A DNA stretch of 17,436 nucleotides from Octopus sinensis (lineage: Eukaryota). Each line of letters starts with the position of its first letter. Positions within the stretch are counted from its first letter, which is position 1. Position numbers and translations under genes: made by a program. This document shows, one piece after another, positions 1 through 8,952 of this stretch. The stretch is from the NCBI RefSeq assembly GCF_006345805.1, contig NW_021824885.1, forward strand, positions 1 to 17,436, read 5' to 3'. The notes under the pieces were generated by a model. It was not told where the DNA came from. It ran no database searches and saw only the letters and a program-made list of their open reading frames with translations.

Positions 1-334
1 TAACCAAAACCAGGAATTTTTCAGCTATTCTTCAAACAAGCGGTTAGATAATTGTTTATGTTTACGTATCTACGTATTTATGTACGCGTATGCGCATGTG
101 AAGTTATGTACAGAAATGAAAATGTAAGCCTTGTAATCGGAGTTGCAATTCATGAGTATTGAGGAGGGAGAATTCTTAGAAATGAACAAATCTCGTTTCT
201 AGGAAATCACTAAATCACGTTCATACACACATACTGTGTACATGTGTGTAAGAGTCTCACATGGTTGTCATTAAGTGTGTGTATTTCTTTATGTGTCCGG
301 TTCGTATTTGTTACCATCCGATAGTATACATGTA

Positions 335-368
<34 letters not shown>

Positions 369-484
369 AGTGTCTAATGTGTGTATATATTGTTACGCTT
401 GTAAATAAACTCGTAGATATCCATAAACACAATCAAGATCACAAGTACCCGTGTATACAAGATTCGAATGTTTATACATGTATA

Positions 485-630
485 CATATATGCATGCATT
501 ATATATATATATAGATATATATATTATATATATATATATATATACAGAGACACCCACATCCATACCACACACACATACACAACATATATAGATAGTAGAT
601 AGATAGATAGATAGATGATAGATAGATAAG
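485..630. repeat. Compound microsatellite block: (TA)n, (CA)n, (GATA)n
   Basis: Read directly from the sequence; explains the low-complexity ORF 393..710. Confidence 0.9.
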
Positions 631-695
631 TATGTGTATGGAATAAAAATGCAATAGAGGACATTAAAACATCGGACAGATAGACGATAAAAAGG

Positions 696-765
696 CGGTA
701 AAATTTCCATTTATTTCCTATTTTTAGGAAAATAAAACAAATAGAAATAAGTGGAAATTTTACCG
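696..765. repeat. Inverted repeat, 27-28 nt arms with 15-nt spacer
   Basis: CGGTAAAATTTCCATTTATTTCCTATTT (696-723) versus the reverse complement of 739-765, CGGTAAAATTTCCACTTATTTCTATTT: one mismatch and one indel. Confidence 0.9.
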
Positions 766-824
766 GTGAGTGTGTTACATTATAAGGCAGAAAAGAAAAT
801 TACCTCCCCAGACACAACAGAACA

Positions 825-857
825 TATATATATATGTATATATATAATATATATCTA

Positions 858-910
<53 letters not shown>

Positions 911-950
911 AAGTATGTATATATATATTAGTAATATATATATATATATA
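825..950. repeat. (TA)n/(TG)n compound microsatellite
   Basis: Read directly from the sequence. Confidence 0.9.
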
Positions 951-1284
951 TAATTTCTACTCCTTCTGCTATGTTGTTGTTTTTGTCTCATTTGGTCTAA
1001 AGTCCGTAAGACAACCACCGTTATATTTTGTTTAACCATTACCGTTTTCAATTTCGTTTCGTCTCTCGTATTTACATCCGTCTCGTGCGTTTACATTCTT
1101 GTCTTCTACCAAGAAATCTAATGCTTACAGCTTAGTTTTTTTTCTTGGGGCTGGCCGAGTTGGAGCAAAATCAGAATTGAACAGCCGAAATTTGCTATGA
1201 TGATTCGGCCTGACTGAAGATTGAAGGCTTCGAATGATTTGTCTGTGTTCCTTGTTTGTCCCTTCCTGTATTTCACGTCTTTTA

Positions 1285-1304
1285 TATAATAAATATATAT
1301 AATA

Positions 1305-1374
<70 letters not shown>

Positions 1375-1475
1375 TTATCTTATTAGATAGATAGAGAGAT
1401 TAGATGATGGATGGATGGATGGATGGATGGATGGATGGATAGATAGAATTATTGTATATATATATATATATACAC
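1285..1475. repeat. (TA)n, (GATA)n, (GGAT)n compound microsatellite
   Basis: Read directly from the sequence. Confidence 0.9.
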
Positions 1476-2006
1476 ACCCACGTATACATGTCTTTATACA
1501 CATACTCACGCAATTTTTTCAAAATCACCGAACTACGAGCCAGTAACTCTTGAAGTCACTTAGTAATTTCATCTTACATATTCTATCTCTTTAGAATTTA
1601 TTATATGGTTAATGCATCGACTGTTTTTCCAACAGATTAGAACCAATTAGTATTTTAAAACATTTTATGGTGTCAAATTTGCTCACTTATTTTTAAAATC
1701 GTTAAGGGAATAATTAAATTTAATTAATAGTCGGCTCTTTGAAATGCATTTTAATGAATTATTTCAATTACAATAAAGTGTAATAATTAGTTTATTCATG
1801 CCTGTTTTATGTTTTGATTAGGTAATAACAATAGTATAATGATAGATGTTCATTAAATTAATTGTTCATCTCGTAGTTCTTCACACGGTTAATAATTATT
1901 TTGTTAAAATTAGTTATAACTCCTTTTTCATCCTTTGCTTTCTCCTGCTCCTACCACACACCTCTCCCCCTCTCTCTCTCTCTCTCTCTCCCTCACTTTC
2001 TCTCCT

Positions 2007-2044
<38 letters not shown>

Positions 2045-2064
2045 TATATACATATATATATATA

Positions 2065-2432
2065 CGAGCAAAACGTGCCCCCGTCCAATGTATGGTGCTG
2101 AGTTGTCAAACATTTAAACCAAATTTTCTCAGAACAACTTGTTCGATCGTCCCATAGGCCTCCCCTTTGAGAAACACTGATTTAACCTAAATTTGAGACA
2201 CCAGCAAAGAAGAAATGAAGATAGACTTCTTTTCTATCCCAAAGAAAAACGATTTTATTCACACAAATATGCAACCGAAGAGTTTAAAGTAATTTTTTCA
2301 AGACTTATACACACCCTGATACCGTCTGTATCTATATATCAAATTTGAGCTGTATCAGATGGAGGATGCCTGAGATCCTAGAAGACACACACAGAGACAG
2401 ACAGAACGGATTTTACATTATATATATATATA
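2065..2432 (-). mobile_element. Probable degraded non-autonomous Helitron-like element
   Basis: The minus strand begins in (TA)n followed by AATGTAAAATCCGTTCTGTCTGTCTCTG. It ends in CTCG (one change from CTAG, plus-strand CGAG at 2065-2068), preceded by an imperfect GC-rich hairpin (2077-2098). Architecture and length resemble the cleaner element at 11138-11504. Confidence 0.4.
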
Positions 2433-2521
2433 TATTTTTGTGTCTTAATATATAGAAGTATATAGGAATGATCGCACCTGCATGTGTAACTGTCTCTACA
2501 TCTATTTATCTATTTTATATG

Positions 2522-2562
<41 letters not shown>

Positions 2563-2594
2563 TGTGTGTGTGTGTGTTTGTGTGTGTATACATA

Positions 2595-2818
2595 TATTGC
2601 GCTGTGTCAATTGTTTTGCAATTTTTTGTAACTTATTTATTTTTGAATGCAGCCTAGGATTTAAAGTAGGGGCCACTTTTCTGCCAGTCCTTTTACACCG
2701 CACGGTGATACCATTTCTTGCCTTTCGAGGTGAAGAATTCCTTCGCTGAAGCTTCTATCTCCTCTTAGAGGATAAAGCGTCGTGAGTGCAGAAAGTAAGC
2801 CGTGAATCGGAACAAGTA
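2595..2818 (-). mobile_element. Mariner DNA transposon 3' end: transposase C-terminus plus terminal inverted repeat
   Basis: Minus strand translates YLFRFTAYFLHSRRFIL*EEIEASAKEFFTSKGKKWYHR..., matching the mariner C-terminus (YLFRSMAHFL..RRF...EEVE...EFF.SK...WY..GI..L..RW). Stop codon TAG lies at 2656-2654. A TIR-like end TATTGCGCTGTGTCAATTGTTTTGCAATTTT starts at 2595, next to a TA at 2593-2594. Confidence 0.8.
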
Positions 2819-2828
2819 TTAAACCAAA

Positions 2829-3241
2829 GGGGATATTTTTCTGCAATCCGAACGGGTATAAACAGTGGTTAAGCAATGGCCAGCTTCCAGAATCTGTCGT
2901 CCAACATGGGCATTTCTAACACAATGTGATGCTCTGTGTCTGGTGAAATTATGAGGGGGATAATTCACTGAATGTTTATTATGTATGGTGGAACCATCGA
3001 TGCCAACCTGTACTACGGACAGCTGGATCAGATGTATGCCGGTCTGCAGCAAAAATACCGGGTATTGGTTTACAGAAAGCGAGCTCTTCTGCAGCAAAAC
3101 AGCACGCCACACCACTCGAACGACCCAGAATAAACGCCAGGAACTTGAAGGAATCGAACTGATGCCACTATCAACACATAATTCAAACCTAGTTCTCTCA
3201 GGCTGTTACTTGTTCCGATCCATGGCACTCTACCTGTACTC
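2829..3241 (+). pseudogene. Mariner (Tc1/mariner D,D34D) transposase catalytic-domain remnant with frameshifts and stops
   Basis: Across frameshifts it reads IFFCNPNGYKQWLSNGQLPESVV...VMLCVW*NYEGIIH...GGTIDANLYYGQLDQMYAGLQQKYRVLVYRKRALLQQNSTPH/TRTTQNKRQELEGIELMPLSTHNSNLVLSGCYLFRSMA. This matches the mariner motifs VMLCVWWD, LLxHDNAxxH and HPxYSPDLAPSDYxLFRS, with the catalytic Asp positions degenerate. Confidence 0.87.
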
Positions 3242-4123
3242 GAGTGATACAAATGCGATAAAAAGGAAAATTCCATAAAATACTTATATGGTAAACGCTT
3301 TTATATGTATTGACTTGAGTCAATATAAGACAACTGCTGTGCTGATGACGCCCATTGCGACTAGAACAACAATCCATAGCAGTCCTCTTCTGCAAAAAAG
3401 AAACAGCTTGTTTATTTCTTAACGGCATGTTACTCCCGATAAAATTATTGGGTCCTTGAGTTTATGTAACAACGTGAAATGAAGCGTTCTGTTCAAGAAC
3501 ACGACGCACCACCGGTGTATGATTCGAAATTACGATCTTCCGATCGTGAGCGCGACACCCTAACCAATAGCTCACCTACCTTCGCACACACGCACACACA
3601 CACCCACACACACACACACACACACATAATAGCGACAGAGAGGCAAAGAGAAACGAAGAAACAGATACACACAATGACAGTCAGAACGAGGAGGTGAAGG
3701 TGGGACGGTGTGCAACAACTTTCAAAGATAGGCGTTATTAACAATACATTCGCTCCTCAGACGAAGGATTATGCAAGAAATAATTAGTCAGTCATTTTAT
3801 TATTGTTTTATTGTAATATTACTTTTCCTTTTTTTTATGTTCTCTATATTTTAATGAAGCAATAACTTCGATCGCCGCTTAAGCCTTCAATCGTCTTTAG
3901 ATGTTGAATTAATGACATGCTCCTAATAACTGCTCTGCGTATTTGTTTTTGTTGTTTTTTTCCTTTTATGTTGCATTTTATTGAAATTTGTATTGACTGT
4001 TTACGCAATGACACTTATCAAAAGCTGAACGGAGTTATAACGCACTCGCAATGATATGTATTTCATTGCAATTATTACAAAACTTAAGGCGTAATTACTA
4101 AATTCAAGCTAATTCTGTATGGT

Positions 4124-4270
4124 GAGCGTAGCTGTGTGGTCAAGACGTTTCGCTTTGCAATCATATGGTTTCGTGTTCAGTTTCACTGCGCGGTGCTTTG
4201 TACAAGTGCGTATTTTAATATAAAACAGGGACAACAAAAGCCATTTTAGTGAATTTGGTTACGGAAATTA
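4124..4270 (+). mobile_element. tRNA-derived SINE family A, old 5' fragment
   Basis: GCTGTGTGGTCAAGACGTTTCGCTTTGCAATCATATGGTTTCGTGTTCAGTTTCACTGCG...CAAGTG...AAAAGCC...GAATTTGGT aligns to the head of the near-full copy at 14850. Confidence 0.6.
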
Positions 4271-4286
4271 TGTAGATAGATGTTAT

Positions 4287-4339
<53 letters not shown>

Positions 4340-4360
4340 GCAGCAGAAAATTAACAAAAT

Positions 4361-4398
4361 CTGTTACTCTGAGTTTCTCGTTGCCGTTCATCAGACAG
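4361..4398 (-). ncRNA. Minimal type I hammerhead ribozyme motif (minus-strand copy)
   Basis: Minus strand reads CUGU-CUGAUGA-A-CG-GCAA-CG-A-GAAA-CUC-A-GAG-UA/ACAG. It has the conserved CUGANGA and GAAA cores, stem I CUGU:ACAG, a 2-bp stem II closed by a GNRA loop, palindromic stem III ACUC-A-GAGU and a GUA cleavage triplet. Caveat: 10.1/11.1 is A.A rather than the usual G-C. Confidence 0.62.
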
Positions 4399-4414
4399 TT
4401 TTTGCTAGCAAAAA

Positions 4415-4451
4415 CTGTCTGATGAACGCCACGAGAAACTCAGAGTAACAG
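4415..4451 (+). ncRNA. Minimal type I hammerhead ribozyme motif (plus-strand copy)
   Basis: CTGT (4415-18), CTGATGA (4419-25), ACGCCACGA, GAAA (4435-38), CTCAGAGTA, then ACAG (4448-51). Predicted cleavage is 3' of A4447. The stem II loop is altered (CCA) relative to the other copy. Confidence 0.55.
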
Positions 4452-4845
4452 GTTTTGTTGAATTTTCTGCTGCTTAAAATAAAGCATATTACTCTACCAC
4501 TGGTATTTGAGTACTCTTTTTTCCACCTTGTTTCACATTTATGTGTTTACTCCGGTATATATATATATATACAGATAGAGAGAGATAGCGATAGACGTAT
4601 ATATGTAATTTAAAATACATAGGATTTAAATGTGAACTACTATAAGTTTTATGCCATTGATGATATGACAGTATCGTGTATTATCAAGAGATCATTTTTA
4701 GGATCCACTAAAAACGGAATAGTACACTACATATACGTGTGCGTATGTGTGTGTTTTATTGCATGTATGTGCGTGCACATATACATATATATATAGAGAG
4801 AGAGAAAGAGACGGAGAGAGAGAGACAGAGAGAGAGAGATAGTTT

Positions 4846-4954
4846 TTGGTCGGCCCGCGGTTATAGTAGAAGACAGTTACCCAAGTTGGCACGTATAGAA
4901 AACGCACTCTGACCATGTGGTTGGAAAGCAAGCTTCTTATCACACAGCCACGCC
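4846..4954 (-). mobile_element. tRNA-derived SINE family A, 5' fragment
   Basis: Reverse complement GGCGTGGCTGTGTGATAAGAAGCTTGCTTTCCAACCACATGG...GTCTTCTACTATAACCGCGGGCCGACCAAA matches the 14850 copy. Confidence 0.78.
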
Positions 4955-4963
4955 ATAATATAT

Positions 4964-5047
<84 letters not shown>

Positions 5048-5078
5048 ATAATATATATATTATATATATATATATATA
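4955..5078. repeat. (TA)n microsatellite
   Basis: Read directly from the sequence. Confidence 0.9.
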
Positions 5079-5259
5079 AAGTGGTATTATCTGCAAAAAT
5101 TACAAATTAGCCAAACAAAAAAATCAATATTCAAAGTAATCGAACATAAAATGGATTATTTCTCTTGAGTATTTCAAAAAAATATTGTGCAGGTGCTATG
5201 GGTTATTTCCCTTGGGTGTTAAGAAACAACTTATATGAGGTAGATATAAAGGCCCTTTC

Positions 5260-5420
5260 CAGGGGTCGTTTATCAAATTTTTCAACGATCTGAGTATGTC
5301 ACGAGGTTTCCAGACATGAGTTCTAGTCACGTGTCAAGTTTCATCAAAATCAATAAAATGATGAGCAGTTAGTTAACAACGCCACAAACAAACACCGATT
5401 TTCCATATATGTAGCAGATA
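5260..5420. mobile_element. Possible Helitron-associated remnant
   Basis: GTGTCAAGTTTCATCAAAATC followed by ACAAACAAACAC and a TATAT..AGAT end resembles a motif order common in non-autonomous Helitron-type repeats. The opposite terminus was not found. Confidence 0.28.
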
Positions 5421-5421
5421 A

Positions 5422-5515
<94 letters not shown>

Positions 5516-5616
5516 AGATAATATATATATACATACATACATATATATAATAATATTCAATATATACATATATATATTCAATATATACATATGTACATGT
5601 ACATACATATATATAT

Positions 5617-5655
<39 letters not shown>
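5420..5655. repeat. (TA)n/(TG)n compound microsatellite
   Basis: Read directly from the sequence. Confidence 0.9.
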
Positions 5656-5911
5656 CATCCGTTGACATCCATAGAAATATCACAGTGGGACTTGCTATTT
5701 TCCGTAGAGTTTAGCTGTGTTAGCCTGATCTGAAATGTCAACACGAAGATCACTGACCGCCGTTTAAAACTAATCAATACTGACATTACTAGCGCCAACG
5801 AATATGTATGTACACGCGTGTGTGTGTGTTTGTGTGTGTTGTGTATGTGTGTGTGTGTGTGTTTGCGTGTGTGTGTTTGCGTGTGTGTGTTTGCGTGTTT
5901 GTGTACATGCA

Positions 5912-6250
5912 TGCGATTATGTGGTAAGAAACTTGCTTCCCAATGGCATGATTCCGAGTTCAGTCCCACTGTGTGGCACCTTGGGCAAGTGTCTTCTACT
6001 ATTGCCTCGAGACGACCAGTCTTGTGAGTTGATTTTGGCAAAAGGAAACTGAAAGAAGCCTGTCGTATACATGTGTGTGTGTTTGTATCTGTGTCTAACC
6101 CCCATCCACTGCTTGACATCTGGTGTTGGTGTGTTTAAGTCTCCGTAAATTAGCAGCTCGGCAAAAGAGGCCGATAAAATAAGTACCAGGCTTTTAAAGA
6201 AATAATTACAGCGGTTGATTTATTCGACTAAAACTTCTTCAAGGCGGTGT
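5912..6250 (+). mobile_element. tRNA-derived SINE family A, near full length
   Basis: Head GTGGTAAGAAACTTGCTTCCC...GAGTTCAGTCCC (B-box-like), body CCTTGGGCAAGTGTCTTCTACTA...GGAAACTGAAAGAAGCC, internal (TG)n, tail CCGATAAAATAAGTACCAGG...TTCGACTAA...AAGGCGGTG. Colinear with 14850-15219. Confidence 0.88.
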
Positions 6251-6279
6251 CTAATAACTGATACTCATAAAATATAAAA

Positions 6280-6346
6280 GATAGATAGATAGATAGATAG
6301 ATGGATAGATAGATAAACAGACAGACAGACAGACAGATAGATAGAT

Positions 6347-6440
<94 letters not shown>
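6280..6440. repeat. (GATA)n tetranucleotide microsatellite with a (GACA)n interruption
   Basis: Read directly from the sequence; explains the YLSI-repeat ORFs. Confidence 0.95.
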
Positions 6441-6441
<1 letters not shown>

Positions 6442-6454
6442 ACGAAATAGTTCC

Positions 6455-6632
6455 ACATGTCAAGAAAGGTCTTTAACCAGTTTGTGCTGTTTACCATTTT
6501 GTATGCATCAGGAACATTGACTCCCCAACAAGAGCATTAAAAATGAATTAAGATGAAAACAAAGAGTCATAGAAAGGAGAATGCTAAAAATAAACAAAAT
6601 GGCTAAGGGGGAGAAAGAACAGGATAAGAGTG
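6455..6632 (+). mobile_element. RTE-type LINE ORF2 remnant, part 1
   Basis: [20 protein letters not shown]...K*IKM/ERRMLKI resembles the RTE-clade RKVFNQCVLPxxxYGSETWTL...QRAMERRML. Confidence 0.72.
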
Positions 6633-6843
6633 TTTAAACCGGCCATATCCGGCCAAAATATTTTACCTGTTTTATGTTCAAACTAGTCAGTTCTGGTCAT
6701 TCATAGCTATCTTATTGTGTCATTTTAAAAATAAACAATCACATTGAAATCTCAAAGCCATGGAATGATGCAAGATTAATTTTACATGGTGTGAATACAT
6801 AAGCTTTACATTTGACAGAATAATCTGAATGCTAAAGGGTTAA
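6633..6843. mobile_element. Non-autonomous insertion with a piggyBac-like right end (..AATGCTAAAGGG|TTAA); left TIR missing
   Basis: About 205 nt of non-LINE sequence interrupts the RTE frame. It ends in GGG followed by TTAA (6840-6843), the piggyBac CCC/GGG plus TTAA signature. A TTAA also sits at the left junction (6634-6637). Confidence 0.5.
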
Positions 6844-7112
6844 CAGATATTATCTGGAAAAGAAAATCTCTGAAATGGTCTTTCGCTGGGCATTTGCTCT
6901 GGAGAAATGACAATAGATGGAATAGCAAATTAACAAAGTGGGCACCACGTCCTGAGAAAAGGGAGTGGGGGGACACATGCTGAAGTTGGAATAGAGACTT
7001 TGTTAAATTCTTCGGCACCCAAACATGAATCAGGAAATCATCCGACCGTGGTTAGGTGGGAGAAATTCTGAGGCATTCGTCCAGCTGTGGATTGAACCTG
7101 TGCTAGGATGAT
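6840..7112 (+). mobile_element. RTE-type LINE ORF2 C-terminus and 3' end, part 2
   Basis: LTDIIWKRKSLKWSFAGHLLWRNDNRWNSKLTKWAPRPEKR...SWNRDFVKFFG.../EAFVQLW matches the RTE consensus DII...KWxWAGHxxRxxDNRW...TxWxPRxxKR...W.DD..K...EAFVQQW, followed by GGATGATG. Confidence 0.85.
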
Positions 7113-7167
7113 GTACCTTGCATAAGGCTGAAACATAACATAGCACACACGACACACACATTTGTGA

Positions 7168-7452
7168 AAGTGCATGGCGTAAGGTCGTGAGTGAGTTCGA
7201 GTCCCAGCTGGTGTGTTGTGCTCTTGGTCAAGACACTTATTTCACATTTCACAGTGCTCCGCTCCATTCAGCTGGTACAAAATGAGTTGTATCTGTAAGT
7301 CAATGGGCCAGTCGTGGCACATTCGGTGTGACACGTTAAGGGTACGTGTGTCTGTGGAGTGTTCAGCCACTTGCAGGTTAATTTAACAAGCTGGCTGTTC
7401 CATTGACCGAATCAAGTGGAACACTTACCATCGTAACCGATGGGCTGTCCCA
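7168..7452 (+). mobile_element. tRNA-derived SINE family B
   Basis: B-box GAGTTCGAGTCC. The central CTTGGTCAAGACACTTATTTCAC...CATTCAGCTGG..AAAATGAGTTG is shared with 8953-9190. Confidence 0.7.
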
Positions 7453-7457
7453 GTCTT

Positions 7458-7489
7458 GTGGCTGTGTGGTAAGTGGCTTGCTTACCAAC
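7458..7489 (+). mobile_element. Isolated head of SINE family A
   Basis: GTGGCTGTGTGGTAAGTGGCTTGCTTACCAAC is nearly identical to 14859-14890. Confidence 0.6.
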
Positions 7490-7585
7490 TGGTAAATCGA
7501 TTTAATCCCTTTGTTTGTCCTTGTTTGTCCCCTCTTTGTTTAAACCCCTGTGGACAATATAGAAATAAATAAAATATTTACGTTT

Positions 7586-7797
7586 AAGGTGATGAGCTGG
7601 CAGAACCATTAGCACACCAGGAAAAATGCATAGCAGGATTTCGCCCGTCTTTAAGTTCTAAGTTCAAATTCCACCGAGGTCGATTTTGCCTTTCATTCTT
7701 TCGGGTTCGATAAAATAAGTACCAGTTGAATACTGGGTTAATGTAATCAATCTACTAACCTCTCCCGAAATTGCTGGCCTTGTGCCAAAATTTGAAG
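7586..7797 (+). mobile_element. tRNA-derived SINE family C, copy 1 (central domain resembling Deu/Nin-domain SINEs)
   Basis: GAGCTGGCAGAA head, AGTTCAAATTCC B-box, GCCTTTCATTCTTTCGGGTTCGATAAAATAAGTACCAG central block. Homologous to 7820-8036. The domain name is from recall. Confidence 0.8.
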
Positions 7798-7819
7798 TTA
7801 ATATATTATTTTTGCGTTT

Positions 7820-8036
7820 AAGTCGGCGAGCTGGGAGAATCGTTACTGCGCCGGACAAGATGCTTAGTTGCATTTCGTCCGTCTCTATGTTCTGTGTTCA
7901 AATTCAACCGAGGTCGACTTTGCTTTTCATTCTTTCGAGATCGATAAAAAAAAAATTACCAGTTGCGTACTGGGTCGATCTAATCGACTACCCGTTCCCC
8001 CCAAATTCCAGGCCCTGTGCCTATTGTAGAAAGGAA
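7820..8036 (+). mobile_element. tRNA-derived SINE family C, copy 2
   Basis: CGGCGAGCTGGGAGAATCGTTA...GTTCAAATTC..CCGAGGTCGACTTTGCTTTTCATTCTTTCGAGATCGATAAAA...TACCAGTTGCGTACTGGGTCGAT. Confidence 0.8.
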
Positions 8037-8629
8037 TATTTCTACGTTTCCATCTCTACTGCAGAAATGACTTCGATTCACTGTAGCAGAAAATACCTGC
8101 ATTTTAGACATGGAATAATAATTTTAGAAATTAGCTCATGTTTTATGCATAAGAAATTCAACTGCATAGTCTAAAGTGAAACTGGTTGACCTGCAGTATG
8201 AAAACCAGTAAAGATATCAAGCTGCTGAGCACATTAGCAACTAACTGCTGCAATATTAACATAAAGTGCTTCAACTAGCATATCGCATGTCGCGTAGACA
8301 ATCGAACCGTTTCTGTTGCTAGTAGACAACGTCAGCATAAATATTCCCACGTATTTTCTAGAATCGATAATTTTTACAGCAAATTCAATAGTACTGTGTC
8401 TCGTTGCCTCTGGTCATTGTGACAGTGGGTCAAACGCTACAGGTCGAACAGTCCAAAGTTCTTATTCCGTTGCTAGCGTTGCTCCGATTCGATGGAGATA
8501 TAATGTGACTTATTTCTGGTGGTGGTGGTGGTGGTTGGGGCTACACAGCTGATAAATAGTTAAGAGTGGGTTCAAGTTCGTTTCGTCACGTAATGAGCAT
8601 CGGCTTGATTTAATTACTACTGCGTTAAC

Positions 8630-8771
8630 AGTGTTTCGCTTCTTTGCATTATATATACATACATATGTACAATCGTACATTTATATACATACATGCACAC
8701 ATATGTACATATATCATATATACGGGCATGCACATATACATGCATACCAGCATACATGTATATATACATTC

Positions 8772-8802
<31 letters not shown>

Positions 8803-8885
8803 AGTGTGTGTATGTGGTGTGTTTTTGTGTGTGTGTGTGTGTGTGTGTATGTATACAGAGAGAGAGAGAGAGAGAGATTGAGAGA
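8630..8885. repeat. Compound (TA/CA/TG/GA)n low-complexity block
   Basis: Read directly from the sequence. Confidence 0.85.
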
Positions 8886-8952
8886 GAATTTTAACCTAAC
8901 ACTGTGTTACGGTGTGTGTAACACAATATTGGCTAAAATATCGATATGTTCT

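Larger units (their letters stand above)
4337..4476. repeat. 140-nt near-perfect palindrome (70-nt arms, no spacer), probably the inverted end of a Penelope-like or retrozyme-like element
   Basis: 4337-4406 is the reverse complement of 4407-4476 apart from about 2 substitutions and 2 single-nt indels. The centre is TTTGC-TA-GCAAA. Confidence 0.95.

Noticed and set aside
111-130. Possible 10-nt microexon ag|AAATGAAAAT|gtaagc
   Set aside because: Poor polypyrimidine tract, frame-shifting length and no other support.
1205-1262. Hammerhead-like CTGAAGA...CGAAT..GTC
   Set aside because: GAAA core is broken (GAAT), and neither stem I nor stem III can be paired. The adjacent 13-mer CCTTGTTTGTCCC also occurs at 7519-7531, suggesting only an unclassified repeat tail.
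3725-3765. Minus-strand CTGAGGAG-CGAAT hammerhead-like core
   Set aside because: No room for a stem II loop, GAAT instead of GAAA, and no NUH triplet or stem I partner in register.
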